From Desulfomicrobium sp. (GTDB taxonomy: Bacteria; Desulfobacterota; Desulfovibrionia; Desulfovibrionales; Desulfomicrobiaceae): a DNA stretch of 64,000 nt. The position numbers and the translations under genes are program-made. Positions 20,351 to 30,032 of this stretch are shown piece by piece (position 1 is the stretch's first letter; the number at the start of each line of letters is the position of its first letter). The notes beneath the pieces are model-generated. The model did not search any database. It had not been told where the DNA came from and was given only the letters and a program-made list of their open reading frames with translations. The stretch covers positions 544,001-608,000 of the forward strand of contig JAXGMI010000001.1 in assembly GCA_040768745.1 (NCBI GenBank), written 5' to 3'.

Positions 20351-22453
20351 ATGCAAACCCTGGCGCCCTTGAAATTCCTGCTGCTGATCCCCCTGGCCCT
20401 GACCCTCTGGGCCTGTGGAGTCCGTCATCCTGTCCCGGACCCCATTGTCCCGCCAGCCATCCCAGACAGGGCCAATCCCAATGCTGCTGCCCTGCGCGAC
20501 TTTGCCCAGGGGTACGCCCCTGGCTCAGAGGAAGCCCGTGCAGCCAGTTTCCTGGTCGAAAACCTGCCCCTGGCCGACGCCCTTTCCCTGACCGCTGCAG
20601 ACTTGCGCGAAAATCTGGACCATGCCTTCCTGGCCCGCCAGCTCATGCCCTGGGGAAAAACGGTTCCATGGGACGTCTTCCTGCACTACGTGCTGCCCCA
20701 CCGTGCCAGCCAGGAGCCTTTCCAGCCTCACAGGGCCTTTCTCTTCGCGGAACTGGCCCCCCTCTGCGCCACGGCGTTGAGCATGGAAGAGGCCTTGTCT
20801 CGGGTCGGCGGCTGGTGCGCGGCAAGGGCCGAATACAGACCCACCTCCCGCCGGGACCTGGGAGTGCAAGCCATCCTGGACGGGGGCTATGGCCGCTGCG
20901 AGGAGACCAACATCCTCTTCCTGGCTGCGGCCCGGGCCGTGGGTCTGCCCGTACGCCAGGCCATGGTGCCCTGGTGGCAGCACGCAGATGGCAACCATGC
21001 CTGGATCGAGGCCTGGACGGAAAAAGGGTGGCGGTTCCTGGAGAGCGGAACGGAATTTTCGGCCCTGAACCGGACCTGGTTTGCGGCCCAGGCCCCGCGC
21101 ATGCCCAAAGTCGTGGCCCACGTTCTCGGGCATCCCCAGGACCCCCAAGTGTACCGCACCGGACCGGGCTTTGCCCTGGTGGACAGTACGGCCGCCTATG
21201 CCCCGGCCACCGACGTTGAGGTTCGGGTGGTCAGCACGGAACCCGTCAACAACGGTGACGTGTACTTTTCCGTCTTCTCCCTGGGCGGCCTGCGGCCCGT
21301 GACCAGATCCGGAATGGACCCGGAAGGCCAGGCCCGGACGACACTGGGTCCAGGGGTCTTTTTCGTGTCCACCCGGGCCGAAGAAGGATTGGCCTGGGCC
21401 CTGATCAACACCCACGGGCAGGACAGGGTCAGCCTCTCCCTCGATGCCCGCACTGCCATGCCCCTGCCGGAATCGATGGAATTTTCCTGGCCAGAGACAG
21501 CGAGGGACGGCTTCGACGCCACCCCGCGACCCGAACTCGTCCGCCTGAGGCAGGAGCGGTCCACCCGATGGGCTCCCCTCCTGGGAGACCTGCCCCAGGC
21601 CCTGCTAAACCGTCTGCTCCTGGCCGGAACGCGCACTCCCGGATGGCTGCAAGCCCTGCATGGGGCGTCCTCCGATCTGCGTTCCTGGCTTGAGGCCTGC
21701 ATCCTGAACCTGGATGACAAGGACATGCTCGAAGCAGACCCGGCCGGGCTGGCCAGGGAGGTCGGCATGGCCCTGCAGGCCAGGGAACAGGCCGCCGCCA
21801 CTGGACTTGTCTATCCCGACGCCCTCTTCACGGAATATGTCCTGGCTCCACGCATTTTCCTGGAACCCTGGTCCCCCTGGAGGGCCCAGCTCCGGTCCTG
21901 GCTTGGACAGGGCTTTGGACTCGACCTGGAAAAGAAGCTGGCCCTGCTGCACAACAGGCTGAATGAATTGGGCTCGCTTCGCCCGGCACTTTTCGGCCCT
22001 CCCCTGACTCCTGGCCAGACCCACGCCGGTGGCTACTGCGGCCTGAAACAGGACAAAATAGTCCTGGCCACGGCCGCCCTGCGCGTTCTGGGCATTGCGG
22101 CCCGCTGCCAGCCCGATTTTGGCGGGGTTGAGTACCATGACGGCCGGACCTGGAAATTCTGGGAATTCGATGCCAGACCCCAGGCCAGCGGAAGTGTGCG
22201 CATCCTGTCCCCCGAACCTCTGAACCCGCTCAAGGATTTCGGTATGGCCAGAATCCAGGACGGATATCTGCGCACCCTGGACGATCTGCCCTGGGAAGAG
22301 ACTGCAGACGGTCTGCACTGCGCCCTGCAACCAGGGCCGTACGTCCTCCTCACCGCCATGCGAACGGGAAACCGGGCCAGGGTGAACCTAGCGTCCTTCA
22401 GCGTCGAAGCCGGATCTGAAACCCGACTGCATGCCGGTTCGACGACACCGTGA
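20351..22453 (+). CDS. Lipoprotein with transglutaminase-like domains
   Basis: Lipobox LWAC; FLHYVLPHR..EP, GRCEE, GNHAWIE; a second, degenerate copy (EYVLAPRIFLEP). Confidence 0.75.
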   Translation: MQTLAPLKFLLLIPLALTLWACGVRHPVPDPIVPPAIPDRANPNAAALRDFAQGYAPGSEEARAASFLVENLPLADALSLTAADLRENLDHAFLARQLMPWGKTVPWDVFLHYVLPHRASQEPFQPHRAFLFAELAPLCATALSMEEALSRVGGWCAARAEYRPTSRRDLGVQAILDGGYGRCEETNILFLAAARAVGLPVRQAMVPWWQHADGNHAWIEAWTEKGWRFLESGTEFSALNRTWFAAQAPRMPKVVAHVLGHPQDPQVYRTGPGFALVDSTAAYAPATDVEVRVVSTEPVNNGDVYFSVFSLGGLRPVTRSGMDPEGQARTTLGPGVFFVSTRAEEGLAWALINTHGQDRVSLSLDARTAMPLPESMEFSWPETARDGFDATPRPELVRLRQERSTRWAPLLGDLPQALLNRLLLAGTRTPGWLQALHGASSDLRSWLEACILNLDDKDMLEADPAGLAREVGMALQAREQAAATGLVYPDALFTEYVLAPRIFLEPWSPWRAQLRSWLGQGFGLDLEKKLALLHNRLNELGSLRPALFGPPLTPGQTHAGGYCGLKQDKIVLATAALRVLGIAARCQPDFGGVEYHDGRTWKFWEFDARPQASGSVRILSPEPLNPLKDFGMARIQDGYLRTLDDLPWEETADGLHCALQPGPYVLLTAMRTGNRARVNLASFSVEAGSETRLHAGSTTP

Positions 22454-22554
22454 ACCACGGGATGAAGCCTGATACGTGAAACGTTGCCAGGACAGTCCCT
22501 TTGATCTACATTTACCCACGAACACCAAAAAATTGAATCCCGTGAGGAGCAGAC

Positions 22555-23421
22555 ATGGACAAGCACATCCTGATGACCATCAGCGACGACTACAGCGCTC
22601 TGCAGGCCGTACGCTTCGCCGCCGGCTTCTTCGGCAACACCCAGTCCCTGCACCTGACCCTGCTCTATGTGGCATCCAATCCCAAGGCCGGGCTTTCGGA
22701 ATCAGAGATCATCCAGAATTACGGAAATTTGAACCGCAGGGAAGCCCAGACCAAGGAGCAGGCCCAATCCGCCCTGGACAAGGCCGAAGAGTTGCTGATC
22801 CTGAAAAAATTTCCGCATAACAACATCCACAAAAAAATCACCTTCAAGCAGCTCGGCACAGCCCACGACATCATCCAGGAGGGCCTGACCGGGATGTATG
22901 ACGCCATCGCCCTGGGCCGACGCGGCCTTTCCCGCCTGGAAGAGCTTATCCACGACAGCGTCAGCAATCAGATTTTTAACACGCCCATGGACATCCCCTT
23001 GTGGATCTGCCGCAACCAGGCCAAACCTGCGCCCCATGTCCTCCTGTGCACCGACGGCTCTCCGGCCAGCCTGCGCTGTGCCGACCACGTGGGCTTCATG
23101 CTGAAGGACGACCCCCTGCATGAGATCACCATCCTCCACATCGTCACCGGCATGTCTTCGGTCACGCCTGCGGAGGCCATCGCCAGCGCCAGGAACATGC
23201 TGAACGAGAACGGTATTCCGGCCAACCGGATCAAAGAAAAAACCGTGCAGGGCAGAAACTCCGCAGAGGCAATCGTCAAGCTGGCCCAGGAAGGCGGATA
23301 CGGAGTGGTGGCCATGGGCCGCACAGGCCGGGGAGAAACCAGGTCCCTGCACCTGTTGGGCTCGGTCAGCATGAACATGCTCAAAAACCTGGATTTCGCC
23401 ACGTTGTGGATCAGCCACTGA
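22555..23421 (+). CDS. Tandem universal stress protein
   Basis: Two Usp domains (HILMTI..LGRRG; VLLCTDGS..MGRTG..GSVS). Confidence 0.88.
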   Translation: MDKHILMTISDDYSALQAVRFAAGFFGNTQSLHLTLLYVASNPKAGLSESEIIQNYGNLNRREAQTKEQAQSALDKAEELLILKKFPHNNIHKKITFKQLGTAHDIIQEGLTGMYDAIALGRRGLSRLEELIHDSVSNQIFNTPMDIPLWICRNQAKPAPHVLLCTDGSPASLRCADHVGFMLKDDPLHEITILHIVTGMSSVTPAEAIASARNMLNENGIPANRIKEKTVQGRNSAEAIVKLAQEGGYGVVAMGRTGRGETRSLHLLGSVSMNMLKNLDFATLWISH

Positions 23422-23551
23422 GACCATGGCGGCTCCACAGTCACGAAGGTCGGGATACGGGGACCTTCAGCGCTGACGGCCATGGATGCAAAGGCAGGGC
23501 GGAAGTGCCCTCCACTTCGCATCCGGATGTTCCCAGCCGTCCCGGCGAGCC

Positions 23552-24661
23552 TCACGTTGCATCGGCGCCGAAAAGAACGTCGTGAATGGCTGCGACCAGG
23601 GGCTGCGGGAGGGGGTCTTCCAGAAAGATCTCATACTTGAGGACCGTGCTGCTGATGGCCAGAACGCGGTTTCCGGCCCGCTCCAGCATGTCAAGGACCG
23701 TATCCACCCGCTCTTTCTGGGCCGCCACCCGCGACCCGATGAGGGACAGACTGCAGCAGGGCACTCCTTCCATTCCTCCGGCATACTTGGCGTCAACCAC
23801 CACAACAGTGCGTCCATCAATGGACTGGCACAGTCGGCAATCCGCCGGCAGGGGCACACCCGCGTCATAGGCGACCCACCGCAGCCTTTCGTAGTAGACC
23901 ATGGCCTGTAGGGTGTCGCGGTTCAGGCATTCATTGCAGACAATGGTCCCGATCTGTCCGGAACCGCTGGACCCTGCAGCTATGCGCACGCCCAGTCGAC
24001 GGGCGTATTCCACGGCGTCGTCCTTCAGGACTTTGGCGCCGGCCGCGGACATTTCCAGCATGGTATCGTAGTCCACGGTGTCCAGGCGACGGGCTGCCGG
24101 GGCCAGCTGCGGGTCCGATGTATACACCCCGTCCACGTCGGAATAAATCTCGCACACATCCGCGCCCAGGGCCGCGGCCACAGCCACTGCCGTGGTGTCC
24201 GAACCGCCCCGGCCGAGGGTGGTGATTTCACGGGTCGTGGAAACGCCTTGGAATCCCGCCACAACCGGGATTTTCCCCTGGTCCAGGGTCTGCCGCAGAC
24301 GGTCCCCCCTGACCTCCAGCACCCGGGCGTCTCCGTGATTGCAATCGGTGATGAGACCGATCTGGGAACCGGTGAAGGACACGGCCAGACCTGGACGGAT
24401 GCCGTTGATGGCGATGCTCATCATGGCGATGGAAATGCGTTCCCCCGTGGAGACGAGCATGTCCATTTCCCTGGGGTCGGGATGTTCAGCCAATGTCCGC
24501 GCCTGGGCCACCAGGGAGTCCGTGGTCTTGCCCATGGCTGAAACCACGGTTACGATCTGATTCCCCTGGTCATGCCGGGCCACGATGCGCCGGGCCAGGG
24601 CCCGGATTTGCTCCGGCGTGGCCACACTGCTCCCGCCGTATTTCTGGACGACAAGCGCCAT
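23552..24661 (-). CDS. lysC: Aspartate kinase with shortened regulatory region
   Basis: VQKYGGSSV, VVSAMG, VAGFQG, TTLGRGGSDTTA, DVDGVY. Confidence 0.88.
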   Translation of the reverse strand: MALVVQKYGGSSVATPEQIRALARRIVARHDQGNQIVTVVSAMGKTTDSLVAQARTLAEHPDPREMDMLVSTGERISIAMMSIAINGIRPGLAVSFTGSQIGLITDCNHGDARVLEVRGDRLRQTLDQGKIPVVAGFQGVSTTREITTLGRGGSDTTAVAVAAALGADVCEIYSDVDGVYTSDPQLAPAARRLDTVDYDTMLEMSAAGAKVLKDDAVEYARRLGVRIAAGSSGSGQIGTIVCNECLNRDTLQAMVYYERLRWVAYDAGVPLPADCRLCQSIDGRTVVVVDAKYAGGMEGVPCCSLSLIGSRVAAQKERVDTVLDMLERAGNRVLAISSTVLKYEIFLEDPLPQPLVAAIHDVLFGADAT

Positions 24662-24672
24662 GATTTCTCCTT

Positions 24673-26085
24673 TCAGTTCGCCATTTTCACAATGCGCGGG
24701 ATGAACGTGGCCACAATGCGGACCAGATCACTTTGGGCGGCCATGACCGTACGGATATCCTTGTAGGCCATGGGCACCTCGTCCAGCCCGGCTGAAAGCA
24801 GGCGCACCCCGTGTCTGTCCAGGACCTCATCGAGATCGGATCGGCGGTACCTGCTGGACGCCTCCTGCCGGCTCATGGCCCGACCAGCGCCGTGGGCCGC
24901 GGAGCACAGCGCGAGGGGATTCCCCAGACCCTCGACCACATAGGCGGGGTGGACCATGGTCCCCGGAATCACGCCGAAAACCCCGGCCCCGGCCGGGGTC
25001 GCGCCCTTGCGGTGGACGATGACCTGCCTTCCTCCGTGGATCTCCCTCCAGGCGAAATTATGGTGGTTCTCCACGCCCCAAACAGGACTCAACCCCAGAT
25101 GTCCGCCCACGGCTGCGTGGATCAAGGCGTGGTTTGCCGCGCTGTAGCGGCCCATGAGTTCCATGGCGGCCCAATATTCCCGCCCCGCGTCCGTGTCCAG
25201 GGCCAGCCAGGCCAGATGCCCGAGACTCCGCGGCAGTTCCGGATGCAGGCGGCGGGCCAGGGCCGAATAGTATTTGGCCACCTCCCCTCCCGTGCCCCGG
25301 CTGCCGCTGTGGGACAGAAAAGCCAGATACGTCCCGGCGGCCAAGCCCGGCAGGCCCAGAGGCACGTCCAGCACTCCCCATTCCACGAAATGGTTCCCCG
25401 CCCCGCTCGTGCCAAGCTGCTCCCGGGCCGTCTCTTTCATCCGGGCTATGACGGACGAGAATTTCCAATCCTCATGCATGACCGGATGGTCCTTGGGGAT
25501 CCGGAACCTGGCCCCCACACCGAAACTCGTCTCCTGCTCGATGGCCCGGATCAGGTCCCTCTGGTGCGTGTCCACCAGATCCGGCGTGACCGCGAACACG
25601 CTCATTTTCACTCGGCAGGCGATATCCATGCCCACGCCATAGGGGATGACCGCCTCATCCACGGCCAGAACCCCACCGATGGGCAGACCGTAACCCACGT
25701 GAGCATCGGGCATGAGCGCCCCGCTGACGGCCACGGGCAGGGAGCACCCGTCGTTCATCTGCTCCACGGCCTTGGGATCGAGGTCCTCGCCCCAGACCCT
25801 CCACGGTGCGTGAGGCTTGAACTGAGCCCGCGGCAAGGGCACAGGAGTGTCCTGCGAAACAGCTCCCCGCAGCATGGCCGCCAAGGTCCCGAGAACAGGA
25901 TGCTCCAGAAAAGAGGCCGGATTTTCGGCCAATCCCCTGAAAAGCCGCCGCAGGGCCTTTCCCCGCACGCCGTCCTGTTCCAGCTCGCGCACACAGGCCA
26001 GGACGGCGTCCTGCAGGGCCTCGGGCATCCCCAGCGCAGACAGGCGAAAAGGCATTCTCAGATTGGTTTTTCGTTTTGAGGGCAT
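24673..26085 (-). CDS. rtcB: RtcB-family RNA ligase
   Basis: MPDAH.GYG.PIG, DIAC, GNHF, HSGSRG, HHN, HRKGAT, HGAGR. Confidence 0.92.
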   Translation of the reverse strand: MPSKRKTNLRMPFRLSALGMPEALQDAVLACVRELEQDGVRGKALRRLFRGLAENPASFLEHPVLGTLAAMLRGAVSQDTPVPLPRAQFKPHAPWRVWGEDLDPKAVEQMNDGCSLPVAVSGALMPDAHVGYGLPIGGVLAVDEAVIPYGVGMDIACRVKMSVFAVTPDLVDTHQRDLIRAIEQETSFGVGARFRIPKDHPVMHEDWKFSSVIARMKETAREQLGTSGAGNHFVEWGVLDVPLGLPGLAAGTYLAFLSHSGSRGTGGEVAKYYSALARRLHPELPRSLGHLAWLALDTDAGREYWAAMELMGRYSAANHALIHAAVGGHLGLSPVWGVENHHNFAWREIHGGRQVIVHRKGATPAGAGVFGVIPGTMVHPAYVVEGLGNPLALCSAAHGAGRAMSRQEASSRYRRSDLDEVLDRHGVRLLSAGLDEVPMAYKDIRTVMAAQSDLVRIVATFIPRIVKMAN

Positions 26086-26209
26086 AGGTGATCCTTGGCG
26101 GGCCTCAGGCAGCTCCAGCGGATGGCTGCCCCGAGCGGGGCTGGGGTCCCGGGATCAGCCCGAGGCTTGCAGCCCTGGGGAACCAGACAGCGCAGCCTGC
26201 CCAATCCCT

Positions 26210-26824
26210 TCAGCGGGCCGCAATGGCCCGCAGTATGAAACGCCTCGCTTCGGCGAACAGTCCGGGGTCTCCGAACGGAGTCAGGAAAACGGTCCGCACC
26301 GCCCCTACGATGGCGGCATAGATCATGAAGGCAGTGTCCCGAACCGGGAGAAGGGCTATGGTCCCGTCCCTCATACCCCTCTCCAGGCCTTTTTCGATCT
26401 CCGCGATCAGCTCTTCGAATTTGGCCCCGATCTTCTGGCGATCCAGATGGGGATTGTCATCGCTGAAGGGCGAACAGCGGATCAAGGTGGGAAAGGTTGT
26501 CCGGTTTGCCTGGGTAAAGGCGAAATAGGAGCCGACAAAGATGTCCACGGCCTCCAGTCCGTTGCGTGCACTTTCGGCATCCCTGCGGATGGCGGCCAGC
26601 ATGGCATCTATCATCTCGTACCCGGCGACCAGGAACAGGTTCTCCTTGTTCCCGAAGTAGTGGGAGACCAGCCCGAACGCCACGCCTGCCCTTTCCGCGA
26701 TGATGCGCATGGTTGTGCCCGCATAGCCGTAATCGGCAAAAAGCTCCTGTGCTGCCGCCAAAATCCGGTCCCTTTTGCTCACGTCCGCTCCGTCCCTGTC
26801 CGCTGTCGCGTCCCTTTTTCTCAT
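26210..26824 (-). CDS. TetR-family transcriptional regulator
   Basis: RILAAAQELFADYGYAGTTMRIIAERAGV..HYFGNKENL; start overlaps the xth stop. Confidence 0.9.
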   Translation of the reverse strand: MRKRDATADRDGADVSKRDRILAAAQELFADYGYAGTTMRIIAERAGVAFGLVSHYFGNKENLFLVAGYEMIDAMLAAIRRDAESARNGLEAVDIFVGSYFAFTQANRTTFPTLIRCSPFSDDNPHLDRQKIGAKFEELIAEIEKGLERGMRDGTIALLPVRDTAFMIYAAIVGAVRTVFLTPFGDPGLFAEARRFILRAIAAR

Positions 26825-27594
26825 GGCAATTCCAGTTCCAGGCCCACGGGACAATGGTCCGATCCAAGCACGTCCGCCTCGATCCAGGCATCCCTGACTG
26901 CGCCGCGCAGCTCCTCGGAGACAAAAAAATAATCGATCCGCCACCCCGCATTGCGGGATCTGGCTCCAAACCGGTATGTCCACCACGAATAGGCATTCTC
27001 CACGTCACCGTGCATGTGCCTGAAGGTGTCCACATAGCCGGCGGCGATGAAGCGGTCGATCCAGGCCCGCTCCACGGGCAGGAACCCGGAGGTGTTCTCG
27101 CTGGCCTTGGGGTTCTTGAGGTCGATTTCGCGGTGGGCCGTGTTGAAATCCCCGCAGACCACGATCGGTTTTTCCTTGCGCAACGCTTGGGCATGGTCGA
27201 GGAACGCCTCGTAGAAGCCCATCTTGAAGTCCAGCCGGTCCTGGCTCATCTGACCGTTGGGGAAGTACACGTTGAAATAATGAAAATGTTCGAATTCCAG
27301 GCGGATGACCCGCCCTTCACCCTGAAAGCGGGCATCGGTCAGGCCGAAATGCACGGAAAGGGGTTCCTGAAGCGCATAGCAGGCCGTGCCGGAATATCCC
27401 TTTTTGGCCTTGGCCGCGTTCCAGTAACACCGGTAGCCGTCGAAGAAGCGCTCATCCCCGAGCTGTTCCTCCGAGGCCTTGACCTCCTGCAGGCCCAGCA
27501 CATCGGGCCTGGTCCCCTCGAACCAGTCCCGGAACCCCTTGCCCAGCACGGCGCGGAACCCGTTCACATTCCAGGAATACAGGCGAATTCTCAT
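26821..27594 (-). CDS. xth: Exodeoxyribonuclease III
   Basis: SWNVNG, LQEVK, GDFNTAH, GWRIDY, GSDHCP. Confidence 0.95.
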   Translation of the reverse strand: MRIRLYSWNVNGFRAVLGKGFRDWFEGTRPDVLGLQEVKASEEQLGDERFFDGYRCYWNAAKAKKGYSGTACYALQEPLSVHFGLTDARFQGEGRVIRLEFEHFHYFNVYFPNGQMSQDRLDFKMGFYEAFLDHAQALRKEKPIVVCGDFNTAHREIDLKNPKASENTSGFLPVERAWIDRFIAAGYVDTFRHMHGDVENAYSWWTYRFGARSRNAGWRIDYFFVSEELRGAVRDAWIEADVLGSDHCPVGLELELP

Positions 27595-28259
27595 GACGTT
27601 CCCCGCAGACTGGCCACCAGCCCCTCAGACGCCTCCTCGATGCGCACATATCCCCCCTGGGCAAAACTCCCGGGGTTGAGGACATGAGAGCGACCGATGC
27701 GCTCCTGGCCCCGTCCTTCATGGATGTGTCCGGTTACCACGATGGCGGGCTGATATTTCTCTATCAGGGCCCGCACCCCGGGGCTGCCCACGTGCGCGCC
27801 CGAAGGCACCCTGTCGACCACCTTACCCCGCGGCGGGGTATGCACCATCAGAATGACCTGCTTGAAGGTTGCGGCCGATTCCAGCACATCGCGGACCCAC
27901 TGGCTGATCTGCTCCTCGCTGGCCTCGGAAGGGGTCTTGAAGGGGGTGGGGGTGGAGAGCCCCACCGCGGCCAGGCCCACGCCCTGGCCCAGGTCCACGA
28001 CCCGGCCATGCACGTTGCATCCTTTTTCGGTCAGGGCCAGATCCACGGCCCGGGTATCCATGTTGCCAATCTGGGCAAAAATACGGGGGTTGAACCCCTC
28101 GACGACAGCCAGGATGCGTTCAGCCCGTTCCCTGCCCCCGACATTGGTCAGATCCCCGGAAAGGAGCACCCCGCTGGCCTGATCGAGATCCTCAATGGCG
28201 GTCACGGCCTCGATCCTCTCGTGAATATCCCCGAAAGCTATCCAGAACCTGTTTCGCAT
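27591..28259 (-). CDS. Calcineurin-like metallophosphoesterase
   Basis: GDIH, SGDLT, GNMD, HTPP, GHIHE, NPG. Confidence 0.88.
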   Translation of the reverse strand: MRNRFWIAFGDIHERIEAVTAIEDLDQASGVLLSGDLTNVGGRERAERILAVVEGFNPRIFAQIGNMDTRAVDLALTEKGCNVHGRVVDLGQGVGLAAVGLSTPTPFKTPSEASEEQISQWVRDVLESAATFKQVILMVHTPPRGKVVDRVPSGAHVGSPGVRALIEKYQPAIVVTGHIHEGRGQERIGRSHVLNPGSFAQGGYVRIEEASEGLVASLRGTS

Positions 28260-28325
28260 TTGCCTCCAGCCCTCAATTCGATTACGTGTCGCAGGCGATT
28301 TCATGGTAAAGGAGCATCCACGGTC

Positions 28326-28916
28326 ATGCAAGAGCGATCCAAGAGCGCCCTGCGGACTGCCTTCCGCCAACTCCGCCAGCACCTTGATCCAGGTCAGGCA
28401 GCAACGGACAGCTCCATGGTCCGCGAGCGCTTGCTGAACCTTGACCGGTTCCGGCAGGCCAGGTCCGTGCTGCTGTATCTGCCCACCAGCGGGGAGGTCG
28501 ATACCTGGCCTCTCCTGGACCATTTCTGGAAAATGGGCAACCAGGTCCTTCTGCCCCGCTGTCGTCCCCATGAACCCGGGATCATGGACGCGTACGCCGT
28601 GACTTCGCGACACGACCTGGCCCAAGGGAGTTTTGGCCTGACCGAACCGCGCCCGGACCTGGCCCGGCTGATCCCGCAGCCAGATCCGGAGGTTGTCCTG
28701 ATCCCGGCCTTGGCCTTTGACCGGCGCGGCTATCGCCTGGGCTTTGGGGGGGGCTACTACGACCGCTTTTTGCCCACCCTGTCCGCCCTGACCCTGCTCA
28801 TCGGGCCTGCCTATGATTTTCAGGTTCTGGACCTCCTGCCTGTTGATCCGTGGGACATCCCGGTCCACCTGATCGCCACCCCGAAGGCAGCCATCACACC
28901 TCAGCCGGAGTCATAA
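28326..28916 (+). CDS. 5-formyltetrahydrofolate cyclo-ligase
   Basis: KSALR, LLPRC, PALAFDRRGYRLGFGGGYYDR, WDIPV. Confidence 0.92.
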   Translation: MQERSKSALRTAFRQLRQHLDPGQAATDSSMVRERLLNLDRFRQARSVLLYLPTSGEVDTWPLLDHFWKMGNQVLLPRCRPHEPGIMDAYAVTSRHDLAQGSFGLTEPRPDLARLIPQPDPEVVLIPALAFDRRGYRLGFGGGYYDRFLPTLSALTLLIGPAYDFQVLDLLPVDPWDIPVHLIATPKAAITPQPES

Positions 28917-29654
28917 ATGTCTGTGGATTATCTTGATTTTCACTTCCCCGGACTCAGCAACGTGCGCTGCGTTTTCACCACCCGCCATGGAGGACACAGC
29001 ACAGGTGATTTTTCCCAGGCCAACATGTCCCTCGAAGTGGGCGATGCGCTGGAGGCGGTGCGGGCTAACCGGGCCGGACTGCGTCGGGAACTCGGCATCC
29101 GGGTCTGGCAGGAGCTGAGGCAGGTGCACGAACAGTCCGTGTTCATGGACCTGGAGGAGGACTTCTTTTCCGGAGCCACCCTGGAAGGCGACGGGTTGTG
29201 CACATGCAGAACAAGCCACGCCCTGGTCGTCAAGACCGCGGACTGCCAGGCTCTTCTGCTAGCGGACATGGCCGGCCGCCATGTGGCGGCCCTGCACTGC
29301 GGATGGAGAGGAAACGCCGGGAATTTTCCGGCCGCCGGAGTGCGCAAATTCTGCGCCCATTACGGAGTGGATCCGACCGAGGTCCTGGTGGTGCGGGGAC
29401 CGAGCCTCGGACCGGGCAAAAGCGAATTCGTCAATTTCAACACCGAGTGGAACCCCATGTTCCGATCCTACTTCAATCCCCTGACCCGCAGCGTGGACTT
29501 GTGGACCCTGACCCGCAACCAGCTCATGGGGGCAGGCATCCCGGCCAGGAACATCTACTCCCTGGATCTGTGCACGGCCTCATCCTCCCAGTTTTTCTCC
29601 TACCGCCGGGACAAGGTCACTGGCCGTCAGCTCGGCATCATCTGGATGGAATAG
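28917..29654 (+). CDS. YfiH/PgeF-family purine nucleoside phosphorylase / laccase-domain protein
   Basis: FTTRHGG, QVH, TADC, HCGWRG, FFSYRR. Confidence 0.9.
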   Translation: MSVDYLDFHFPGLSNVRCVFTTRHGGHSTGDFSQANMSLEVGDALEAVRANRAGLRRELGIRVWQELRQVHEQSVFMDLEEDFFSGATLEGDGLCTCRTSHALVVKTADCQALLLADMAGRHVAALHCGWRGNAGNFPAAGVRKFCAHYGVDPTEVLVVRGPSLGPGKSEFVNFNTEWNPMFRSYFNPLTRSVDLWTLTRNQLMGAGIPARNIYSLDLCTASSSQFFSYRRDKVTGRQLGIIWME

Positions 29655-29678
29655 TCCCCCTGATGGGACCCTCCCGGC

Positions 29679-30032
29679 TCAACCCCTGCGGCTCATGATC
29701 CGCCGGCTGGACAGAGGGGTGATGAGGGCCCCGTTCCGGTAGCCGCCCATGCGTCGGTTCTCGGACCTGAGCTTGAGCAGCTCTTCCTTCAAGGACTGGT
29801 GCAGGGCCCTGACCTCCCGCTGCAGTTGGCCGTTCATGGCCGAAATCCTTGCCAGTTTGTCCAGAAATTCCTCATCCCTGCGGGCTGCGTCGCTGGCCAG
29901 GAAGCGTTGGATGGCCGATTCCCTGGCCAAGAGCACGCCGGAAAGCCTCTCCGTGTCGCGGGCGGCAACAAGGCCCATCTCCTCCTGTCCCAGGCCCATG
30001 ATCCCCTCGAATCCACCACTCCCTTCAGTCAT
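29679..30032 (-). CDS. Hypothetical coiled-coil protein (possible FlgN/FliT-like chaperone)
   Basis: 117-aa helical ORF overlapping the upstream gene, with a late GY motif. Function is inferred only. Confidence 0.55.
   Translation of the reverse strand: MTEGSGGFEGIMGLGQEEMGLVAARDTERLSGVLLARESAIQRFLASDAARRDEEFLDKLARISAMNGQLQREVRALHQSLKEELLKLRSENRRMGGYRNGALITPLSSRRIMSRRG

Noticed and set aside
24662..24672. Lysine riboswitch for lysC or dapL
   Set aside because: The upstream gaps (11 bp and about 65 bp) cannot hold one.
28260..28325. 6S RNA, often upstream of 5-formyl-THF cyclo-ligase
   Set aside because: Only 66 bp of divergent intergenic space, too short to hold it.
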